Source of the DNA: Auanema rhodensis
Taxonomy: Eukaryota; Animalia; Nematoda
DNA: 64,000 nt
Assembly: GCA_964057225.1 (NCBI GenBank)
Contig: OZ059900.1
Location: 10,168,001-10,232,000 of the forward strand
Direction: 5' to 3'
Shown here piece by piece: positions 51,501 through 64,000 of the stretch. The position numbers and the translations under genes are program-made. The notes beneath the pieces are model-generated. The model did not search any database, was not told the origin of the DNA, and was given only the letters and a program-made list of their open reading frames with translations. Position 1 is the first letter of the stretch, and every line of letters begins with the position of its first letter.

Positions 51501-54500
51501 TTTTTTTGGAATAAGAATGTACAAATTATATAGATGAGGAAATAAAATATGTAGAAAAAAATCTTAAGTTACTGCTAGTTAAATAAAAAATGAGATATGA
51601 TCATAGGGATATTAAAGATATGTGTGAATATTCAGGCTGTCGAGCTTACTTTCCATGTTGGCGAAGAGGGGAAAAAGCGTGAGCAATGGAAATCAAAAGT
51701 ACAATACTACATGGCTATTGTATCATATGCTGTTGGATTAGGAAACATTTGGCGTTTTCCCTATTTATGTCAGAAAAACGGCGGTGGTAGGGAATATTTT
51801 CCAAACATGTAGAGTGTGTTATGTGACTGTATATAGGAGCTTTCATGATTCCATATATCATTATGATGGGGCTGCTAGGCTTGCCATTATTTCTAATTGA
51901 ATTAGGAATCGGTCAACGTTTACGTACTGGTCCAATCGGAGTATGGAATGCAATTCATCCATATCTTGGAGGTAAAACCCTAATCAGACACATGGATGTT
52001 GACGAATAAACTTGTATGCATGAACTTTAGGTCTTGGTGTATCGGCAGCTGTTGTGTCATACTTGGTAGCATTGTACTATAATGTTATTATTACGTGGTG
52101 TTTGTATTATTTGGGATCATCATTCAAGCAACAATTGCCTTGGGCGGTATGTGTAGTCATTGTTTGAATAGAGTATATTACTAATTGCTTAGGAATGTCC
52201 AAGCACAAATGGAACTTATGATAGTGAATGCCTCAATTCCACTTCACCAACAATGTACTTCTGGAGTCGTACTGCTTTGAATACTACTGAGTATGCTTGA
52301 AATCAGCTCACTTTGAATACCTTCATACTAATATTGCAGATCAATCAGTGATCTTGGAGGCTTTAACCGTCCCATTCTGATGTGTCTGTTCATGTCTTGG
52401 TTTGTTGTCTACCTATGTGTAATGAAAGGAATCAAAACAAGTGGAAATGTGCGTTAATCAAAAATTAATTGAAGATTATTGATATCTCACATGTATAGGT
52501 AATGTACATCACAGCTACGTTTCCTTATCTGGTTACAACCATGTTCTTTGTTCGATGTATTACACTTTCTGGATCATTGGAAGGACTCATTCATATGTTT
52601 AAGCCTGATGTAAGCATATGCATATTCTAATAACTAAAACAATGTTTACTTATTTAGATGACAAAGCTATATAACCCAACTGTATGGCTCGAAGCTGCTA
52701 CGCAAATTTTCTACTCAATGGGACTTGGATTTGGAGGTAGGACTTTTATTAAACATTGGCATAAAATCACTAAATATTATTGAATTAGTTGAATTATTCC
52801 TAAATTTATTTTAGGCTTAATTGCATTTGGAAGCTATAACCCTGTTAAAAACAATGTTATCAAGGATGTTGTTCAACTCGGAATTGTGAACGGGGCTACA
52901 TCTCTCTACACCGCTGCTGTCGTCTTCAGCGTTCTCGGATACATGGCTCATAATAACATGAACAAATGCATTACCAAGTAATTATTTATTATTTTTTGAG
53001 AAAAAAGAAGAATAATATAACATTTAAAACATTTATAATTATAGCTATATGCTGAATTCAACTATTCTTCAAGAGCATAATATGACGGAAATTTCACTTA
53101 TGATGAATAATGTTGATGAGCTTACTGGCGAAATGTATGCAACTATTTTGAAATTGACTGAAACGTGTAATTATGATCGAATTATATCTGAGGTAACTTA
53201 TGCTCCGAGTAAATTTAGTTTAACAACTATTTGTTTAGGCTGCTGAAGGTACTGGATTGGCTTTCGTTGTATTCACTGAAGCAATGCTACAGTTTCCCTT
53301 CCCTCCTGTTTGGTCTGTACTCTTTTTCCTTATGCTGCTATCTCTTGGATTAGGTTCAATGTTCGGTAAGATTATTCTGATCATAATCTCTGTTACTCAT
53401 TATTTTTTTATTATCAGGTACTCTTGAAGGTGTTATAACATCCCTAAACGATAGTAAACTAATCAACGTCTCCAAGCCTGTACTAACAGGTGTGCTCTGC
53501 AGCTCTGCTCTATGTGTCGGTATGCTATTTGCTACAAGATCTGGACAAGTGAGTGATTATCAAGTAACATCAAGTTCAAATATAATGCTTTATATTTAGT
53601 ATTGGGTTTCTCTGTTTGATTCATTTGCTGGATCGTATGCTCTTATGTGTGTCGCATTCTTTGAACTGGTTGCTGTTGTTTATGTTTATGGATATCACAG
53701 GTAATATATACATATATAACTATACATTTTTTCATATACAAAATAACTCAGATTTGTCAATGATCTCGAATACATGACTGGTGTCCGTCCAAACCAATAT
53801 TGGCTTATAACATGGCGCTTCATTTCACCTTCTATCATGCTTGTCCTCTTCGTTGCTTCCATCATTCAATGCTTGACTCGTCCACTAATCTACTACGCCT
53901 ATGACGCTTCCTCGGTTAGTTTATTATCAAAAACAGTTTGAAATTTCTTCTTTTTAAGGGAAAAAATGTTGAAACAGCTTACCCAATGTGGGCAATGTTC
54001 CTTGCCTTTGCTTTGGTTATCTTTGCCATTCTCCCCACCTTTGCTGTTTGGTTCTTGCGTTATTTCAAAATCTGGAAAATTGAAGCTGATATTCCAACAG
54101 TATGTGTAAGCAAATCTTTTATATTTTCAAACACAAATATTCGAACAATGCTATTAACAGTAATAGCCTGGAACATGATTGCCGTATAACGAATTAACAG
54201 TCAAAAAAATGAGAAAATTTACAACTTTTTTCATGTTTAATCAATGAAATTAATATTTTTTTACTCGCAAATTTTATCTATGCATTGCATTTATTATGTC
54301 ATGGAATGATAATTAGTTTAGATGCTATTTTGATGCTATTTAGCATTTGATAAGAATGTTAGTTGATTTAGTCCTACTTTCTAGATAGTTATAAGGCTTT
54401 TGTCGAAAAAAGAGTACACAGACATTCAAATACACAGGGTTTATGCTACGCTCTCTCCCTCTCTCTTTTTCCTTCTTTTTATTTCTCAAATGTAAATTAG

Positions 54501-55962
54501 CAAGCAAGAATATGTATGCAATGGAATCAGTTAATTCAACCTCCCTTTGAATGTAACAAATACTTTTGAGTCTAATAATGTTATGATGTACTTACTTCTT
54601 AATCAGAGTGACTTATTTTTTGCATATCGATAGTTTTCCTTTCTTCATGTTGTTCGGAAGGCTAACAGTTGGCGAACATCTGAATGTACAAGAGTACGAG
54701 CCAGTTGAATGTGGATAGACGTTACATCAAACATATATTATCAAGAATTTCCAGGAATAGCACTGCCAGATACATTTCATGTTCATTTTCAGGAGGCTCG
54801 CACACATACTCAGACCAGCCAACTATCATCTTTGTTTCAAAGACAAGCCAATGTAATTAGAATGAGTTAGAACGTTTTTTCACTAACAAAAAATTAATAG
54901 ATATCAATCCGAACAACAATAATGACTAAATTTATAGAAAAATTTGAATTAGAGCTTATTTTACTTCCGCTGCTAGTTTTTCAGTTATATTTTGATAGCA
55001 AATCCATTAACTATACATACATATATATTCACACTTGTTAATATCACTCTGTTGTCCATAGTTTAGACGCTACACGAATATGGTATCATCGGCTTAGTCA
55101 AGTCCAGCCAGTGACCTGATTTCTGAATTGCATCCATTTGCACGCTGACACCAAACCCAATCTTCTAGAGTCGATTCATCTTTTAACTATCAATGCATCT
55201 CGTATCCTATCGATAGCATCTTTCTTGAGATGTCCATCCTTCAACCTTCAACAACAACTTCAATAGTAACATCAATGCATCCAGAATTGACATGGTTAAT
55301 CCCTTTTTTAACTCTTCGTCTGCTGTGCTTTATGTTTACATTAAGTTAATGTCCCTTTGTGCTATATGTGCGTCATTGTGCGGCTGCTGTGGCCTTGTCT
55401 GCGTATGCATCTAGCGATGTAATTTATTGCTTTCACAACGAAAATGAATGTTTCGGTTCATTCATCTGTCTATTTTTCTATCTGTGTGGTCTTTCTATTT
55501 CATCTTGCAAAACGCTATATACAATGAAAAGAGTTTGCTATGTATAGCAAGAAAGCTGGTGTGCAGCTGATTTATGGTTAGATCTATCGGAATATCGATT
55601 CTGATTTTGAGAATAATACATGAGAAAAAGAAGTAAATAAAGGAAAATATGAACAAACATAACAAATCTATTCTGTATATGCTTCTGATGCTTTTTTCTT
55701 ACTATCTATCTTTCGTTTTGCTCGACACTTATAGTTTCTACATATATATAGTTATATCAAATTATATATATGTATAACTATTGATTATATCAGACTTGCA
55801 TGTCTTTTCAATTCTTATAAAGTACACTTTCACCTATTTCAGGCTGTGAAATGCTTAAATCAAACAACTAGCACTACATATATGCTGAAATCTGAGCAAT
55901 CCTTCAATCGCATGACGGAATCGTCTGTTACATTTGCTGATGCTACACAACCTAAATCGTGA
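48552..55962 (+). CDS. SLC6 sodium:neurotransmitter symporter, neutral amino-acid (SLC6A15-20/B0AT-like) branch, ~17 exons
   Basis: [103 protein letters not shown], long EL4 loop; first exons 48552-48671 and 48752-48877, last exon 55843-55962. Confidence 0.95.
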
Positions 55963-57271
55963 ATTCTCAAAAAATTATGTTGAAGCGCCACTAAAAGAAT
56001 ACCTTTCTTTGTTTTCTATACTGTAATATACACTAGATGTAGCACGTTATTACATTATTTGGATCTGGCAAGCAGCATAATACACCAATCGCATCTCATC
56101 TCACATGATAGACAATGCTCTGCACGATTGCCTGTTCCAAAAACAACAATTTAACTACTTAGTTTATGAAAAAAGCTGAAAATTAAAAAGAACTTGAACT
56201 AAAATCAATATTTATTTTATACTGCATCACAAAAAAAATTGTTTCTTGATTTTCATTTGTTGTACGGCTTTTTTCTCTCTCAAAACATCAATCAAACCGA
56301 ATTTAGTTTTTGAAATCTCTCTAGTCATTTCACCTGCGATAGTATAATTAGAATACATTATGAATAGTTGTATATATATCTTCTAGCACACCATTGTTTT
56401 TGATTCGAAAATCCCGGTTAAAGAGCATCTTAGATGATGTTGTTCCCTGTGTGAATTATTGTGAATTTTCAAAAAAGAACTAAACACGGTGCGTTGGAAA
56501 TGAATTAATGTTGTGTTTATTCATATTCTTATTTTTTATTTTATTGAAAAAAAATCGTATTTAATCATAAATAATAGAAAGTAGGTATTTAGCAATTGTT
56601 CGTTGTATTTATCGAATAAATAAAAGCTTTTTCATCTTACGAGTATGAAATATTTCTCTTTAAACTTTAGTTATATACTTTGAATATCGTCCTATTTTTA
56701 TTCATATTATCAAATAATTGTGTTTACTACTATCAACATAGAGCTATTATTATTGTCATGCCAACAATCTATCGATAATTACGTGAAAGGGATTAGTTAC
56801 CCGGTGTCAACGACCACCTGGACTAATCCGCATATGCAAGAAAAGCACCTGGAGATGCAGGAGCCTCATGATGTTAATCCATAGCATGAGCACATCAAAG
56901 TATCCTAATTGAGGAATGGTCTAGGTAATTGCAGGATTGCATCACATCTTTGGGAAAGTATAAGTAGCGATAGAAGCCGAAACCTAGCCGAGCAGCAGAT
57001 TTTATCTAGAGTTTCTAAGGAATTGAGAGTGCTTGAAAAGAATTTATGAAAAATTACAAACCTATTTCTCAAATATGCTTTACTGTAATGAATAAGACAA
57101 AATATTTTGAACAATTTTTTGATATATTTGAAAATCTCAGAGTTTTAAAAAGAAAATAGAGCTTGAACTTTTTGACGAAAAAGTTTATCATTTTTTAAAC
57201 AAACAAAAATCAACGATAGCCGATCAAAAACAACAACAGAAATGATGATCGAACAAAAAAAGTTTAACAAA

Positions 57272-57843
57272 TCAAATGTAATGATGGGCGGCATAAAATT
57301 CCATAAGCTTTCTTGAATATCTTAAAAATTATTTGAAGTAAATTTAAAAAATTCAGAGCATTTCTACTTACGCAGTCTCTGCATAGCTCATAGGTACCAT
57401 AAGAGAATGGCCATAAATGAAACGAACGAGTACATGTGGTACTCCAGTGATATCATTCTGCGCAATAATTTCGCTGACCTAAAAAGTGGAATTTAACAAA
57501 TTCTAGGCTACCGCATGATCATACCTCATCCTCATTTCTGAATAAGTATTCAGGCACTCCTCGCCTGGTTTCATTTTCCTCGTTGTATTTACGAATTGCT
57601 TCAGGACATACTTCGCTTTCAGAAAGCCAACGATTGCTCGAGTTAGGTTGTTTCTAATTATAATGAGAATACTAATATCTTTGAAAAACTTAGAAACCTA
57701 CCTTAAACTTCACAAAATATTCAACAGTTCCACGTACAGATCTACAACTGACAATCATTTCTACTTCTAAATCGTTAGAATCCTAAAACAGTGTGTTTTG
57801 AAACATTCTCACACTTGCAACTTACATTCGATTTGATAACCAT
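57272..57843 (-). CDS. Small divergent HP1-like protein (chromodomain plus chromo-shadow domain, 127 aa, 5 exons)
   Basis: Exons 57843-57826, 57782-57702, 57653-57525, 57478-57372, 57320-57272 give MVIKSNDSNDLEVEMIVSCRSVRGTVEYFVKFKKQPNSSNRWLSESEVCPEAIRKY..VSEIIAQNDITGVPHVLVRFIYGHSLMVPMSYAETAYSRKLMEFYAAHHYI*. Confidence 0.82.
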
Positions 57844-58846
57844 GGCTGGTTTTCACTATGCAGTACAACGCTGAAAGAAGTAATATTTAAAATAATTAAA
57901 TAATTGAAAACTATTGAAAACAATACGACGTACTCATTACAAATCGTTATAAATCATAAGAAAAACAGAAAAAGCTATTAATTATATGTATAATTGTTTA
58001 GAATTAAACTTTGAAAATGAACGGGTGGCTAAACATTATTTAGATGAGAAGATAAAGAAAGCAGGCAGCCACGCTAGTTGAAAGGACAATCAAGAAAAAA
58101 GCAGTTGTGTAAAAGTGAGGAAAATAAGGATGGACAAGGAAAGATCGATCACACATTGGAAATCCATGTATGAATCAGTATATGGATGCATCATCGGCCA
58201 CATGAGGTGCGCAAGTAACAAAGAAGAGTTAAATCTCATGAGTGAAAATCTATTTTTTCATTCAAGATGCAACATATGTTGTGTATAGTCAAGAAACTAA
58301 TAATAAGAGATATAAATGCAAAAATATGTATATTGATTACCATATCTTAGACGCAGAATAAAACTAAGCGGATTATTCGTTCGAAAAGGTAAAGGCAATG
58401 ACAGCCAATGCTATATGGTTTGACGCTACATTAAGGCGTGGCCTATTTTTTATGCCACATGTCAAAAAAATGTGAAGTGTTTCTATTCTCATGGCTTAGA
58501 TTGGTTATATGCAAAAGTGCTAATGAAAAATTGAATGAGCCATTATAATTCTCATTAGTATTTATATAAATATAGTTTTAATAAGCGGCGTGCCATAATG
58601 TAGCTGGCACAATAGAAAAAGTTACATTATATACTATTCAGAATTGATTGAAACAATTATATTAGCACGCAGCGTATAGTCATTTTTGGTAATTGCAATT
58701 ATGGAAACAGAGCGCAAGAAATCAAACACTTAAAATAGTTCATATTGAGTGAAAATTTTAAGAGGTGAACTGTTGTATCACTTTTTTTCGTCATATCTCA
58801 ATATTATTACACAATATCATCTAAAATATGTAAACTATTAAACTGT

Positions 58847-59034
58847 GCTCATAGGTACCATAAGAGAATGGCCCTAAATGAAACGAATGAGTACATGTGG
58901 TACTCCAGTGATATCATTCTGAGCAATAATTTCGCTGACCTAAAAAGTGGAATTTAACAAATTCTAGGCTACCGCATGATCATACCTCATCCTCATTTCT
59001 GAATAAGTATTCAGGCACTCCTCGCCTGGTTTCA
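58847..59034 (-). pseudogene. 188-bp partial duplicate of the HP1-like gene (copy of 57386-57573, intron retained)
   Basis: Three substitutions, one creating TAG; flanked by ~30-bp imperfect direct repeats. Confidence 0.9.
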
Positions 59035-59579
59035 CAATATATTTCAAAATATGTAAACTATTGGAATAGTACTAACGGAATCTTATTCAAACTAATGAGA
59101 ATGTTTGAAAACGTCTGAGATCATACTTTTCCTGGAAAGAAAAAGAAACAAAATCAAAAAAAATTATGAGATAATATAGTTTTACTATATCGTTTTTATG
59201 AAAACGTAAAACAGAAATACAGAAAACAATTATGATATGAGCATTTACTTATTATTTCTAGCTTCTCTAGAGAAATCATTCGATTTTCTCCCCAGAGAGC
59301 AAGATAAATGCATAAAAATTGGAAAAATTCCAATAATATGAATTTTATTATTGAAACAATCATAAAAACAAAAAGCACAATCATGTTGGTATATTCTCTG
59401 TTACAGAATATATTTATTATAAAACGACGATCAACGTTCTAAGAATCACATATCTTACAAAGAAAGCGAGACTATCAATTGAATACGCTTAAACGGATAA
59501 AATTTAAAACTCTCGTTAGAGCTTAGGCATGCAATTTTCACAGGAAATGAGTTAAAATCTAAGTTGCTCATGGTACATC

Positions 59580-60607
59580 TTATCGGAGCCAAATTTTGAA
59601 AGCCCTATACTTTCTCTTAGTAGTTCTCCTAAGCTTCAGGACGCGGGTTGGATAAAAAATGTCTACAAAATTCTCAATAAATGCTAGCATAACCTGTAAG
59701 TTTCAAATTAAAAACGGATTAAATTTCCATTAAAGATACCAGTTCTCGATTCCTTCTCGGGAATGCACGATACCGACCACTGAACATACAGTCACCAAGT
59801 TTTTGAGCCAGGAAAATGATCTCACTTCTGAAAAACAAATATGATATGAAAGCCATAGGTGTTCTTACTCGAAGAGACGAGAAAACTTGATGTACTCAAT
59901 CAAGAATTTCAAGAAATATTTGAGATTTTCGCGGTGACTTTTGGGCATTAATTGAACGCAAACTTGTAACCCTTCTACAACATTTTCGTCGCTAAAATAT
60001 TATAGCTGCAACAAGAAAATAGCTCAGCACATACTAATACATAGACTTGAATTGTTCATAGGGCTCATGAGAGAAGATGGATTCAGGAAGCTGGTTGATA
60101 TAGTCCAAAAGAACACAACCGACGGTTTGTATATGGTCAACGTAGTTCCTAATATTAAGCTAAAATACGTTTATTCGATAGAAAAAATATATACAACTCA
60201 CCGTTGGGTCGTGACACTCAAACCGTAGTTCGATTTGATGCCGTACCGGATAATTGGGAGGAGCAAAGAAAACATCTAAAAACAGAGAACTTCCCCCATT
60301 TTCCTTGAATACAACACATTACCTGTTAATCTAATTCCATAGTTGCGTATCAGCTCGCATCCAAACACAATAGGCTCTGCGTACCGTTTTCCAGTATTGC
60401 TCAAATGACTTCTGAGAGAAGCACCAAAAACAGTATGTCTATCTCGATCATCTTCTATAAGAAGATTCATGTCATAAAATCCCCAAAAACTTAATGTTCA
60501 CAGAATCCTGAAAAGTACTTACGTGGAACTGCCACGACTGGCGATTTTCTGAACAATTTCAAAATACTGTTGAAACTAATACTACGGTTATTCCTCCGAG
60601 GATCCAT
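59580..60607 (-). CDS. RhoGAP-domain protein lacking the arginine finger, copy A (7 exons, ~245 aa)
   Basis: Mirror image of 61493-62520. Confidence 0.8.
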
Positions 60608-61492
60608 CTTAATCTCTAAAAAATAGAGACTTATTACACCAAATTATGCCGAAACCATATATTTTAAGAATATCCTCATCAATAATATTTATTCCAAACA
60701 CCCTCTTAACCAAGCCCTATCTTATTGCCAACTATCTATACAGTTCTTCTTATGCATTATTATATAACCAACGCCGCCATTGTCACATCCCGTTAACAAT
60801 TTTTGATTTTATATAATTATATTAAAAATAAAAATTTAAAATTTAAAATATTACTAAGCCCGCGCATTTTTAATTTTAAAAAATGATGACAAATCAATTA
60901 TGATATGCACCAGGTTTGTGTCAATACAACATTATTACTGTAAACATTTAATTACATCGTTGAAAAAAATTCAAAATGACACATTTACTAAAATTCATTT
61001 GTTATTTCCTGCTTCCCTATTTGTTAACCTGGCATTTCGAATAAACTTTTATAAACATTATAAAGAAATTTAATTATCAATCATTCATATACTCACCATT
61101 TTCAATTATATACTACGATATAACTAATAGACACGAACTGTACCAAAGATGTTATTGACGCAAATCAAGTGTATACAGTATTTGAATTAAATTGTCATCA
61201 TTTTTTAAATTTAAATCGAATCGAGGGTTTTAAAATAGTTTCTAGTTTGGTTTTTTATAAATCATTTGTTTATTTTTTAACGAGGGAAATCAAATTGTGA
61301 TATAAATATAGGGCATGCGAAGATTAAGTTGGTTATATAATAATGCATAAGAAGAACTGTATAGATAGTTGGCAATAAGATAGGGCTTGGTTAAGAGGGT
61401 GTTTGGAATAAATATTATTGATGAGGATATTCTTAAAATATATGGTTTCGGCATAATTTGGTGTAATAAGTCTCTATTTTTTAGAGATTAAG

Positions 61493-62520
61493 ATGGATCC
61501 TCGGAGGAATAACCGTAGTATTAGTTTCAACAGTATTTTGAAATTGTTCAGAAAATCGCCAGTCGTGGCAGTTCCACGTAAGTACTTTTCAGGATTCTGT
61601 GAACATTAAGTTTTTGGGGATTTTATGACATGAATCTTCTTATAGAAGATGATCGAGATAGACATACTGTTTTTGGTGCTTCTCTCAGAAGTCATTTGAG
61701 CAATACTGGAAAACGGTACGCAGAGCCTATTGTGTTTGGATGCGAGCTGATACGCAACTATGGAATTAGATTAACAGGTAATGTGTTGTATTCAAGGAAA
61801 ATGGGGGAAGTTCTCTGTTTTTAGATGTTTTCTTTGCTCCTCCCAATTATCCGGTACGGCATCAAATCGAACTACGGTTTGAGTGTCACGACCCAACGGT
61901 GAGTTGTATATATTTTTTCTATCGAATAAACGTATTTTAGCTTAATATTAGGAACTACGTTGACCATATACAAACCGTCGGTTGTGTTCTTTTGGACTAT
62001 ATCAACCAGCTTCCTGAATCCATCTTCTCTCATGAGCCCTATGAACAATTCAAGTCTATGTATTAGTATGTGCTGAGCTATTTTCTTGTTGCAGCTATAA
62101 TATTTTAGCGACGAAAATGTTGTAGAAGGGTTACAAGTTTGCGTTCAATTAATGCCCAAAAGTCACCGCGAAAATCTCAAATATTTCTTGAAATTCTTGA
62201 TTGAGTACATCAAGTTTTCTCGTCTCTTCGAGTAAGAACACCTATGGCTTTCATATCATATTTGTTTTTCAGAAGTGAGATCATTTTCCTGGCTCAAAAA
62301 CTTGGTGACTGTATGTTCAGTGGTCGGTATCGTGCATTCCCGAGAAGGAATCGAGAACTGGTATCTTTAATGGAAATTTAATCCGTTTTTAATTTGAAAC
62401 TTACAGGTTATGCTAGCATTTATTGAGAATTTTGTAGACATTTTTTATCCAACCCGCGTCCTGAAGCTTAGGAGAACTACTAAGAGAAAGTATAGGGCTT
62501 TCAAAATTTGGCTCCGATAA
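61493..62520 (+). CDS. RhoGAP-domain protein lacking the arginine finger, copy B (7 exons, ~245 aa)
   Basis: Spliced: VFGASLRSHLSNTGKRYAEPIVFGCELIRNYGIRLTDVFFAPPN..VGCVLLDYINQLPESIFSHEPYEQF..MPKSHRENLKYFLKFL..LAQKLGDCMF..VMLAFIENFVDIF, collinear with ARHGAP17/44/SH3BP1-type GAP domains. Confidence 0.8.
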
Positions 62521-64000
62521 GATGTACCATGAGCAACTTAGATTTTAACTCATTTCCTGTGAAAATTGCATGCCTAAGCTCTAACGAGAGTTTTAAATTT
62601 TATCCGTTTAAGCGTATTCAATTGATAGTCTCGCTTTCTTTGTAAGATATGTGATTCTTAGAACGTTGATCGTCGTTTTATAATAAATATATTCTGTAAC
62701 AGAGAATATACCAACATGATTGTGCTTTTTGTTTTTATGATTGTTTCAATAATAAAGATGTCTCGTTTTTCTCGTCAACTACAATCTAAGGAAGTGGTGG
62801 GATTAAAAAAACGTATTTTTTGTTGAGTTAAAGTTTCATAACTACGGGATAGTAAATCGCCTTAGGATTTTTTCAAATGCGTGAGGAACTATGGCGAAAT
62901 TCTTATAATAAATAATTTTTTTTAAAATTAGTAATGAATAGCTTATACTAAAAGACATACTCCATGAGCACATCAAAATATATAGATTCTACATCAAATC
63001 AAAAAAGAAATTTTATAAAAATTACCATATAAAGCTATCCCTTGTTCACAAAAACTTGATTCAAACATATTTTTTACAAAAAAAACAACGAAAATTTAGG
63101 AAAAGTTAGGAATTTATAAACTAGTTAGTTATATGAACAAACAAAAATTAATATATGGCTAGAAATAGAAATAATAAATTATATTTTGATTGATTAAAGG
63201 TTGGTTTACTTGGAGGTTCGAAGGTTACGTTTTTTGTATTTTGTTCCCTTTTTACAGGTTCTCATTTGGATGAATCAAGAATTGGAGTTTGATATTATAA
63301 GCCTTTTTTTCTTGTTTTCAGTTATATAATCTAGTGAAATTTCTAAGTATCTTCAAACAAATTAGTTTTATAAACTTGGTGTAGATTGTGTTTGCTAATC
63401 TTTTGTTTTCTGAAATTTGTAAAAATAAACATGAAAACCTCAATTCAACCTTATTTAACTTGTACTTAATAATAGAATTAGAATTAAAATAGAATTATTA
63501 CATGTGATTCTATATGAATAATGATGATTTGAAATTAAAAAGTTTTTATAAGACTAAGAAAACGTTGGTATTGACTCATTCTTTAGTATTATATGTTTCA
63601 TACATGTCATACAAAAATTTACCAGAATAATTCATAATATATCTTATACGAATTCAATTACAACCAAACTATATACTCTATAAGAAATTCATCGGAGGTC
63701 ATAGAAAAAAGCGAATTTTTAACATTTTATTCATCAATGATCTTTTTTTCATAACAAAATGTAAATAACATCAATTATTAAGAAGACATGTCATCAAAAA
63801 TTTTACAAACACTTCTTTTTCTTTCCCAGCATCAACAAGAATTTTTACTTTTTTCACATTGTTTTTATTTTGAGCTATTTTTACCTCACCAGCATAAGTA
63901 GGGTTGAACACCTTGAAAACAGTTGTAAGCAATGAAAAGTTTAGGATTTTACCATGAAGCCTCCAAAGTTCGACGCAAATTGGACAGATAAGATGGATCT

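Larger units (their letters stand above)
59344..62756. repeat. Palindrome: 1429-bp arms (59344-60772 and 61328-62756), 555-bp spacer
   Basis: Arms read as reverse complements with no difference noticed; identical mirrored ORFs 60276-60470 and 61630-61824. Confidence 0.97.

Noticed and set aside
60097-60106. Group I intron S-like motif GATATAGTCC
   Set aside because: Lies within a RhoGAP exon on the other strand; no P, Q, R elements in order
62963-62978. 15-bp match (catgagcacatcaaa) to 56885
   Set aside because: A match of this length is expected by chance in 64 kb of AT-rich sequence; no extended similarity

Overview
AT-rich (~30% GC) eukaryotic DNA, almost certainly nematode: 40-60 nt introns, TTTCAG/TTTTAG acceptors, unpaired acceptors just upstream of start codons (SL trans-splicing), and nematode-type U2 and 5S sequences. 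The ORF track is mostly noise, so I assembled the genes by hand from exons. Ordinary content: the 3' end of an unknown gene, a calmodulin-like EF-hand gene, a ~15-exon processive GT2 glycosyltransferase (QxxRW), an 18-kb non-coding stretch and a ~17-exon SLC6 transporter. Two islands are unusual. (1) 14.8-30.5 kb: an 8.1-kb palindrome whose arms each carry one U2 snRNA 5' head fused to 6 or 7 tandem 164-bp copies of the U2 Sm-site/3' domain, followed by a linked 5S rRNA (intact in one arm, deleted in the other), centred on an older diverged foldback element. Beside it lie an acidic gene built from nine repeats of a two-exon module with multiple IDLT SUMO-interacting-like motifs, 5S relics and orphan coiled-coil ORFs. 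(2) 57.2-62.8 kb: a miniature HP1 paralogue with a degenerate aromatic cage, and a 3.4-kb palindrome carrying two apparently identical head-to-head RhoGAP-domain genes lacking the arginine finger. All alignments and translations were done by eye; no database searches were run.
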